Origin: Candidatus Fervidifonticultor quintus
Lineage (GTDB): Bacteria; Sysuimicrobiota; Sysuimicrobiia; Sysuimicrobiales; Humicultoraceae
Length of the DNA: 21,017 bases
Direction of reading: 5' to 3'
Assembly (NCBI GenBank): GCA_031459535.1
Contig: JAVKIJ010000056.1
Coordinates: forward strand, 1-21,017
In this document: positions 15,081 to 21,017 of the stretch, one piece after another
How positions within the stretch are numbered: position 1 is the first letter of the stretch
Layout of the letters: each line of letters begins with the position of its first letter
The notes under the pieces: generated by a model
Database searches by the model: none
Told to the model about the DNA's origin: nothing
Seen by the model: the letters and a program-made list of their open reading frames with translations, nothing else
Translations under genes and position numbers: made by a program

Positions 15081-16639
15081 CTGAACTCTACGTCATGGAG
15101 CGGCCACGTGGTGGACAGGGAAGTGACGTGCCTGGCGTATCCGTGCACGTTCTTGCGCGTCGCCCAGAAGATGGGCTGCTGGTACATGGGGAGGACCGGC
15201 AGGTCTTGCATGATCACCTGCTGGATCTGCCGGATGATGGCCCGCCGCTTCTCCTGGTCCGGCTCGGTCTGCTGGGCGGCGTAGAGCCGCTCGAACTCCT
15301 CGCTGACGTAGAACGGCACGTTGTTGCCCCGCGGGGGCAGGTCGGCGCGGGTGAAGATGCCGATGGCGCTGTCGGCGTCGGCGTTCACCGTGCGCCACCA
15401 TGTGAAGGTCATCTGGCTGGGGTTTCGTTCCAGGGGCAGCCGCAGCATGGCCGAGTACTGGCCCCACTCCATCTGGTTGATGCGCATCGTCACGCCGATC
15501 TTGGCCAGCTGGGCCTGCACCGCCTCGACGACCTCCTTGTCCATCAGATAGCGGCCGGCGCCATACGAGAACGTAAAGGTCAGGTTGGGGACCCCCGCCT
15601 CCTGGAGCAGCGCCCTGGCCCGTTCGGGGTTGTACCGGTAGATGTCATAGGTGTCCACGTACCCCATGGCGTTGGAGGGCACCGGCGAGTGCGCCACCTT
15701 GGCCAGGCCGGCGAAGATCTGCTTCACGATCGCTTCGCGGTCGATGGCGTAGGCCATAGCGTGGCGCACGCGGATCTCGTTGAACGGCGGCCGCTGGGTG
15801 TTCATGTTGAAGCGGATGAAGCCGGCAGACGGCGGGTTGATGAAGACCAGGTTCGGGTTCCGCTTGATCCGCTCGGCGTCCTGCGGGGTGAAGTCGTGGA
15901 TCACGTCCACGTCGCCCGACTCCAGAGCCGCCACTCGGGCGCTGATGTCCGGGACGTAGCGCACGACGACCCGGCGGATCTTCGGCTTCCCGGCCCAGTA
16001 CTGGTCGAAGGCCTCGAGCTCCATCCGGTCGCCGCGCACGAGCCGGACGAACTTGTAGGGGCCCGGGCCGATCGGGTGCCTGGCGAACTCCTGGTCGCTG
16101 CCGGCCTTCTCGATGGCGGCCTTGCTGAAGATGCCCACGGATTGGTAGGTGAAGGTACGCAGCAGCGGTGCAAACGGCGCCTTGGTGCTGACCTTGACTC
16201 GGTTACCCGGCAGCACGGACACACTCTCCACCGGGGCCAGGGATGAGCGGCCGATGGCGATCCGGCGAAACCGGTCCAGGCTGAAGGCGACGTCGTCTGC
16301 TGTCAGCGTGCGGCCGTCGTGCATCTTCACGTTGTCGCGGATCTTGAAGACCAGCGATCGGCCGCCGTCCTCTTCGGTCCACGACTCGGCGAGCCAGGGT
16401 GTGACCTTGCCCTTTTCATCCAACACCACCAGCGTGTCGGAGATCTGCGCCACCAGGCCGATGGCCGGCAGTCCAATGGCCAGGTGCGTGTCTGCCGACG
16501 GAACCTCGATGGGCAGGGCGATCACCAGGGTGTCCTTCGTCTGCCCCCATGTCGGTCCGGCCAGCACCAACCCCAGGCCGGCCAGCACCACGGTCGCCAC
16601 TCGTACCCACCATCCCACTGCGTCGGTCGTTCTCACCAT
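15077..16639 (-). CDS. Family 5 ABC substrate-binding protein
   Basis: Start moved to ATG 16639 (GAGGAGGAGGGG upstream), followed by a hydrophobic signal peptide. PWLAESW, FKIRDNVKMHDG..LTADDV.FS, IGPGPYKF, FDQYWAGKP, VRHAMAYAIDR. Confidence 0.95.
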   Translation of the reverse strand: MVRTTDAVGWWVRVATVVLAGLGLVLAGPTWGQTKDTLVIALPIEVPSADTHLAIGLPAIGLVAQISDTLVVLDEKGKVTPWLAESWTEEDGGRSLVFKIRDNVKMHDGRTLTADDVAFSLDRFRRIAIGRSSLAPVESVSVLPGNRVKVSTKAPFAPLLRTFTYQSVGIFSKAAIEKAGSDQEFARHPIGPGPYKFVRLVRGDRMELEAFDQYWAGKPKIRRVVVRYVPDISARVAALESGDVDVIHDFTPQDAERIKRNPNLVFINPPSAGFIRFNMNTQRPPFNEIRVRHAMAYAIDREAIVKQIFAGLAKVAHSPVPSNAMGYVDTYDIYRYNPERARALLQEAGVPNLTFTFSYGAGRYLMDKEVVEAVQAQLAKIGVTMRINQMEWGQYSAMLRLPLERNPSQMTFTWWRTVNADADSAIGIFTRADLPPRGNNVPFYVSEEFERLYAAQQTEPDQEKRRAIIRQIQQVIMQDLPVLPMYQQPIFWATRKNVHGYARHVTSLSTTWPLHDVEFR

Positions 16640-17523
16640 GCCCCTCCTCCTCTCCGCGATGGCCTCTGGTGCGCCGTGACTCCGGCCCCGGCGCGCAGCC
16701 TGCGCGTAGGACGATCTGCCCACGGAGAGCCCGCGCCGTAGCCCAGGTCTCTAGAAATGGCAGCCGCGGTGCGGGTCACCTCAGCGACGAGTTGAGGGAT
16801 GCGGTCCCGCGGGATGCGCGCCGCCGGAGCCAGGACGCTGATGCTGGCCACCACCGATCCGGTGTGGTCGCGCACCGGCGCCGCGACGCCGTGGACGCCC
16901 TCGTGGGACTCTCCGAACGTGACGCTGTAGCCCCTGGCCCGGATGGCAGCCAAGTCGCGTCGCAGCCGCTGCGGGTCGGTAATCGTCAAAGGCGTCAGCG
17001 CCGGCAGCCCGCGCCGGATCACCTGCTCGATCCGTTCGGCCGGCAGGTGCGCCAGCAGGACCTTCATCGAGCACCCGGCATGGAGCGGCCGACGCATTCC
17101 CACCCGCGTCCACAGCCGGAACCCGGCCAGCGGTTCCAGTTTCTCGACGTAGATCCCCTCGTGGCCGTCGACGACCTGCAGCGAGACGGTCTCGCCGGTC
17201 CGGTCGCGCAGCCGCTCCATGTGGGGCCGGGCGATGGGACGGAGCTCGATCTGTTCGCTGACCAGGTAGCCGCGTTCGAGCAACTTGTAACCCAGACGGA
17301 AGCCGCGGGTCGCCGCATCGTAGTGGAGATAGCCGAAGTCTCGCAGGGCAGAGAGCAGCCGGTGGGTGGTGGCGCGGGGGAGGCCGGACGCCTCGGTGAG
17401 CTGCTGGAGGGTGAGCTCAGGGCGCTCGAGGCTGAACAGGTCCAGCAGGCCCAGGGCTTTGCCGAGGCTCGAGGGGGAATCGAGCCGGGACCGGTGTCGC
17501 CGCCCAGGGGTCGTATATCTCAC
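16633..17523 (-). CDS. IclR-family transcriptional regulator
   Basis: SLGKALGLLDLF, HTH LQQLTEASGLPRATTHRLL, FRLG, GETVSL, VGMRRPLHAGCSMKVLLA, IRARGYS...E...GVHGVAAPV. The track's start (17562) lies inside the promoter, so GTG 17523 is preferred; the start remains uncertain. Confidence 0.93.
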   Translation of the reverse strand: MRYTTPGRRHRSRLDSPSSLGKALGLLDLFSLERPELTLQQLTEASGLPRATTHRLLSALRDFGYLHYDAATRGFRLGYKLLERGYLVSEQIELRPIARPHMERLRDRTGETVSLQVVDGHEGIYVEKLEPLAGFRLWTRVGMRRPLHAGCSMKVLLAHLPAERIEQVIRRGLPALTPLTITDPQRLRRDLAAIRARGYSVTFGESHEGVHGVAAPVRDHTGSVVASISVLAPAARIPRDRIPQLVAEVTRTAAAISRDLGYGAGSPWADRPTRRLRAGAGVTAHQRPSRRGGGAW

Positions 17524-17532
17524 TATGTGAGA
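17518..17532. promoter_or_regulatory. 15-bp palindrome, candidate IclR operator
   Basis: TCTCAC-TAT-GTGAGA, a perfect 6-3-6 inverted repeat downstream of the promoter and overlapping the likely GTG start. Confidence 0.7.
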
Positions 17533-17552
17533 CGCCGTCCTATATTTTGTGC

Positions 17553-17581
17553 ATCGTAGCACGGTGGCAGCGCGCGTACAA
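17553..17581 (-). promoter_or_regulatory. Sigma70-type promoter of the IclR operon
   Basis: TTGTAC (17581-17576), 17 nt, TACGAT (17558-17553) with an extended -10 TGn. Confidence 0.72.
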
Positions 17582-17595
17582 GGCCAGTCCAGTCG

Positions 17596-17621
17596 CGGGC
17601 GGACGCCGGGCCCGTCGCCCG
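17596..17621 (-). terminator. Possible hairpin terminator after the Opu-like operon
   Basis: CGGGC-GACG / CGTC-(C)-GCCCG stem (9 bp, one bulge) right after the permease stop codon; no U-tract. Confidence 0.3.
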
Positions 17622-17622
17622 T

Positions 17623-18255
17623 CTACCGACCCTCGCCCTGCGCGGCACGCACTGCCCGCAGCTCGACCTTCCGCAGGGTCCAGTTGGCGGTCAGCGCCAG
17701 CCCCGATGACCCCAGAGCGCCCGCCATGATCTTGTCGGGATGGCTCTGGGCCACGCCGGCGAAGAGCAGGACCCCCAGACCCCCCGCGTTGATGAACGCG
17801 GCGATGGTCCCGATTCCGATGATCGTCAGGATCGCCACCCGGGTGCCGGCTACGATCACGGGCAGAGCCAGCGGCAACTCCACCCGCCACAGGCGCTGCC
17901 AGGACGTCATCCCCATCCCCCGGGCCGCCTCTACGGCGGCCGGGTCGACCCCCAGCAACCCGACGGTGATGTTGCGGACCAGGATGACCTGCGCGTAGAC
18001 CGCCAGCGCCATTACCGCGGGTACGAACCCCAGCCCCATCAACGGGATCAACAGCACGAACAGGGCCAGACTGGGAATGGTGTAGATCACGCCCAGGACA
18101 CCCAGCAGCAACCCGCGGAAGCGGGGACGGCGAGCGGCCAGCACACCCAGCGGCAGCGCGATACCCGCGGCCACCGCCAGTGAGGCCGCGGTGAGCCACA
18201 GGTGCTGGCCGACCAGCCCGAGCACCACCGTCGGGTGCGCGATCAGGTAGCGCAT
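17623..18255 (-). CDS. Osmoprotectant-type (OpuBB/ProW-like) ABC permease
   Basis: True start ATG 18255 (TGATG overlap with the ATPase stop); the longer track ORF is a spurious extension. IYTIPSLALF, VEAARGMGMT..QRLWRVELPLALPVI.AG.R, IAAFINAGGLG. Confidence 0.93.
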   Translation of the reverse strand: MRYLIAHPTVVLGLVGQHLWLTAASLAVAAGIALPLGVLAARRPRFRGLLLGVLGVIYTIPSLALFVLLIPLMGLGFVPAVMALAVYAQVILVRNITVGLLGVDPAAVEAARGMGMTSWQRLWRVELPLALPVIVAGTRVAILTIIGIGTIAAFINAGGLGVLLFAGVAQSHPDKIMAGALGSSGLALTANWTLRKVELRAVRAAQGEGR

Positions 18256-19232
18256 CAGGTCGCCACCGACGGCCGCCCTGCCAGGATCGTCCGCCTGATG
18301 TCCTCGAAGGCCAGCCGTCCCACCACCCGACCGGCCTCTCCGAGGACGGCCACGCTCGCCGACCCCGTCTGGAGCAGCAGCGACAGCGCCGTGCGCAGGG
18401 TATCCGCGGGCCCGACGGCCGGTCCCAGACCGCCGTCGTCCGGCCCCGGGCCTGCTGCCGCCATTGCCGAGGCGACCGGCACTAGGCTCAGGTGGCGCAT
18501 CACGTCGTCGGTCCCCAGGAGCTGCCGGACGAAGTCGTCGCGCGGCTGTGTGACGACCGCCAGCGGCACGTCGTGCTGGACGATGCGGCCGGCGCGCATA
18601 ACGGCGATCCGGTCGGCGAGCCGCAGCGCCTCGTCCACATCGTGGGTCACGAAGACCACGGTCTTGCGCAGCCGCCGCTGGATCGCCAGGAGCTCGTCCT
18701 GCAGGCGGGCGCGGGTGATGGCATCCAGGGCGCCAAACGGCTCGTCCATCAACATGATGGCGGGGTCTGCGGCCAGCGCCCGCGCGAGCCCCACCCGCTG
18801 CTGCTCGCCGCCGGAGAGCTGGCGGGGATATCGCCGACCGTAGGACCGTGGCAGGCCCACCAGGTCCAGCAGCTCGTCCACCCGAGCGCGGATCCGGTCT
18901 CTCGGCCATCCGAGCAACTCGGGGACCGTGGCGATGTTGTGCTCGACGCGCAGATGGGGAAACAGGCCAACCTGCTGGATCACATAGCCGATGCGGCGTC
19001 GCAGCTCATGGCCACGCATGGTCTGGACGTCGACGCCGTCCAGCAGGATCCGGCCGCGATCGGGCTCGTACAGCCGGTTGATCAGCTTCAGCAGGGTGGT
19101 CTTGCCCGAGCCCGAGGGTCCGAGCAAGACCACGAGGGTGCCGCGGTCGACTGACAGCGAGCAGTCCCAAACCGCCGGGTGCGCAGTCCCCTCAAACTGC
19201 TTGCTGACGTGCTCGATGTCGATGGCGCCCAC
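18255..19232 (-). CDS. Osmoprotectant-type ABC ATP-binding protein (OpuBA/ProV-like) with a CBS-like C-terminus
   Basis: GPSGSGKTT, LRRRIGYVIQQVGLFPH, YPRQLSGGEQQRVG, LMDEPFGALD, FVTHDVDEA. The C-terminal segment TLRTALSLL...VAVL...GRVVGRL resembles a CBS repeat. Confidence 0.95.
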   Translation of the reverse strand: MGAIDIEHVSKQFEGTAHPAVWDCSLSVDRGTLVVLLGPSGSGKTTLLKLINRLYEPDRGRILLDGVDVQTMRGHELRRRIGYVIQQVGLFPHLRVEHNIATVPELLGWPRDRIRARVDELLDLVGLPRSYGRRYPRQLSGGEQQRVGLARALAADPAIMLMDEPFGALDAITRARLQDELLAIQRRLRKTVVFVTHDVDEALRLADRIAVMRAGRIVQHDVPLAVVTQPRDDFVRQLLGTDDVMRHLSLVPVASAMAAAGPGPDDGGLGPAVGPADTLRTALSLLLQTGSASVAVLGEAGRVVGRLAFEDIRRTILAGRPSVAT

Positions 19233-20134
19233 TAGCGCTTGATCAAACCCTTCGCCTGCAAGAAGGCCCTGGCGACCGCCGCGTACTCTCGCTTGTCCGG
19301 CCCGTCCACCTGCCAGTTGAGGCCGGCCATGACCTCGTTGGTCAGCAGCGGAGCCAGCTTGCTCAACGCCTCGGCGATCTTGGGATTCTTCTCCAGGACC
19401 TCGGCGCGCACCACGGGAGCGGCCTGGTAGGCCGGGTAGAACCCCTTGTCGTCCTCCAGCAGCACCAGACCGAGCCCGCTGATCTGTCCGTCGGTGCTGA
19501 ACGCGACAACCACGTCCACCTGACCGGCCCGCAGGGCTTCATAGCGCAGGCTCCCGGTGCCGAGCTGGCGGAATTCCTTGAACTGGAAGCCCCCGTACGC
19601 CCCCTGCAGGCCCTTGATGCCATCTTCGCGTTCGGCGAACTCCGCCGGACCGCCCAACCGCAGCTCGGGGGCTTTCGTCGCCAGGTCCGAGAAGGTCTTG
19701 ATGCCATATCGCTCCGAGACGTCCTTCGTGGTGGCGAGCGCCTGCGTATCATTGAACTGCGCGGGTTCCAGCCACTCGAGCTTGAACTGCTCCTTGTACC
19801 CTTTGCGCACGGCCTCCAGGACCGCCTTCGGATCAGCGATGGGCGGCTGTTTGAGAACCGTCAGCAGGCCGGTGCTGGTGTACTCAGGGTACAGGTCGAT
19901 CTCACCTTTCACCAGCGCCTCGTGGGCCACCGGCGTTCCTCCCAGGTTGAACTTCCTCTCGACCTTGAAGCCAGCATCCTCGAGCAGCAGAGCGTACATC
20001 TCGGCAAGGATGAACTCCTCGGTAAAGTCCTTCGAGCCCACCCTGAGCGTGACCGGCGCCCCACCCCGCGGCCCACAGGCTGCCACCAGTGCCACAACCA
20101 GGAACACCACCGACAGACGCCACCAGCGCTTCAC
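19232..20134 (-). CDS. Glycine-betaine/osmoprotectant-family ABC substrate-binding lipoprotein (OpuBC/OsmF-like)
   Basis: Lipobox LVAAC; VGSKDFTEEFILAEMY, LGGT, DLYPEYTST, EFAEREDG, FSTDG, LEDDKGFYPAY, LN.QVD. Confidence 0.93.
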   Translation of the reverse strand: MKRWWRLSVVFLVVALVAACGPRGGAPVTLRVGSKDFTEEFILAEMYALLLEDAGFKVERKFNLGGTPVAHEALVKGEIDLYPEYTSTGLLTVLKQPPIADPKAVLEAVRKGYKEQFKLEWLEPAQFNDTQALATTKDVSERYGIKTFSDLATKAPELRLGGPAEFAEREDGIKGLQGAYGGFQFKEFRQLGTGSLRYEALRAGQVDVVVAFSTDGQISGLGLVLLEDDKGFYPAYQAAPVVRAEVLEKNPKIAEALSKLAPLLTNEVMAGLNWQVDGPDKREYAAVARAFLQAKGLIKR

Positions 20135-20150
20135 ATCGACCCCCCCTTGT

Positions 20151-20792
20151 CTATGCCGTGTGGACCAGCGTCTTGAGCATCCGCTGAATGCCGGCCAGCA
20201 CAGCCTCGGCGCCGATCGTCAGCACGGCAACCGGGATGGCGCCGACGAGCATGATGGACGGATTGAAGAGCGCAAACCCCCTGGCAACGAAGTCGCCCAG
20301 GCCCCCGCCGCCGATGAACGCGGCGAGGGTGGCGCTGGCGAACACGTCGACCGCCGCGGTCCGCACACCGGCCATGATGACGGGAGCGGCCAGCGGCACC
20401 TCCACGCGCCAGAGCACCTGACGGCCGCTCATGCCCATACCGTGCGCCGCCTCGACGACCGCGGGGTCGAGCCCTCGGAATGCGGCCTCGGTATTGATGA
20501 GAATGGGCGGGCACGCCAGAACCGTCAGGGCCACCAGGGCCGGGGTGAACCCCAGGCCGAGGTAGGGCACCGCGAGGAAGAGGATAGCCAGGCTGGGAAC
20601 CACACGCAGCCCGGCAAACAGCCCCAAGATCTCGGCTGCCAGCCGACGCCCGCGGGCCACATGGAGCCCCAGCGGGATGCACACGATCGCCCCGATGGCC
20701 AGCGCCAGCACGGACAGGCGCACATGCACCGCCACAGCTGCCCAGAACGCCGCGCGGTTAGCCATGGCGTAGTGGTAGGCTGATACGAACAT
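20151..20792 (-). CDS. Osmoprotectant-type ABC permease
   Basis: RVVPSLAIL, PPILINT, VVEAAHGMGMS..QVLWRVEVPLAAPVIMAGVRTA, ATLAAFIGGGGLG. Start uncertain (ATG 20792, ATG 20801 or GTG 20813). Confidence 0.92.
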   Translation of the reverse strand: MFVSAYHYAMANRAAFWAAVAVHVRLSVLALAIGAIVCIPLGLHVARGRRLAAEILGLFAGLRVVPSLAILFLAVPYLGLGFTPALVALTVLACPPILINTEAAFRGLDPAVVEAAHGMGMSGRQVLWRVEVPLAAPVIMAGVRTAAVDVFASATLAAFIGGGGLGDFVARGFALFNPSIMLVGAIPVAVLTIGAEAVLAGIQRMLKTLVHTA

Positions 20793-20799
20793 CTCCCCC

Positions 20800-20805
20800 A
20801 TTCTA
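20800..20805 (-). promoter_or_regulatory. Candidate -10 element of a leaderless transcript
   Basis: TAGAAT, 7 nt, ATG 20792; no good -35. Confidence 0.45.
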
Positions 20806-20819
20806 CCGGCCACCGCGCG

Positions 20820-21017
20820 CTACGATGACCTGCCTGGCAGGCGGTGCGACGGCAGCACCCCCTGCGCGTCCAGGCGCAGCACGGTCTGGAGCAGCACTTC
20901 GGCGCCCAGCGCCGCGTCAGCCCACTCCGTCCACTCGCGCGGCGAGTGGCTGATGCCGCCGCTGCTGGGTACGAAGATCATTCCGGCGGGCACGTGGGGC
21001 GCCAGGACCATGGCATC
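20820..21017 (-). CDS. M20-family Zn-dependent amidohydrolase (allantoate amidohydrolase / N-carbamoyl-L-amino-acid hydrolase type), C-terminal part only
   Basis: DAMVLA..VPAGMIFVPS.GGISHSPREWT matches the C-terminal (GH)DA...MIFVPS..G.SH.P.E motif of the AllC/HyuC family. The 5' part lies outside the window. Confidence 0.88.
   Translation of the reverse strand, partial: DAMVLAPHVPAGMIFVPSSGGISHSPREWTEWADAALGAEVLLQTVLRLDAQGVLPSHRLPGRSS

Noticed and set aside
18256-18909. Apparent ~218-aa N-terminal extension of the Opu permease
   Set aside because: Out-of-frame overlap with the ATPase gene and low complexity; ATG 18255 gives a normal permease with TGATG coupling.
19557-20783. 408-aa + strand ORF and the many other short alternative-frame ORFs in the track
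   Set aside because: They overlap confidently assigned genes and lack motifs; typical of high-GC DNA with few stop codons.

Overview
GC-rich bacterial chromosomal region devoted to organic-nitrogen uptake and hydrolysis. From left to right: a Dpp/Opp-type ABC transporter operon (-; ATPase truncated by the window edge), a divergent amidase-signature enzyme, a secreted right-handed beta-helix protein, a Phd/YefM-VapC toxin-antitoxin pair, and a complete type I-beta glnA. Next comes an IclR-led operon (peptide-type ABC binding protein, two permeases, an alpha/beta hydrolase, an isochorismatase-family hydrolase and an atypical M28/PA peptidase), an Opu/ProU-like ABC operon and the 3' end of an M20 amidohydrolase. 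Four signals stand out. (1) The glnA leader has a near-consensus sigma70 promoter followed by two hexaloop hairpins, the second mutually exclusive with an intrinsic terminator; this is ANTAR-type antitermination architecture with non-canonical loops. (2) A 33-bp degenerate direct repeat of the amidase 3' end brackets the beta-helix gene. (3) The GCPII-like M28 enzyme has its catalytic Glu-Glu motif replaced by His-Ser-His. (4) The IclR operon encodes only hydrolases and its substrate is unknown. No rRNA, tRNA, CRISPR, integrase or transposase was recognised. All calls come from manual motif reading; no database searches were run.
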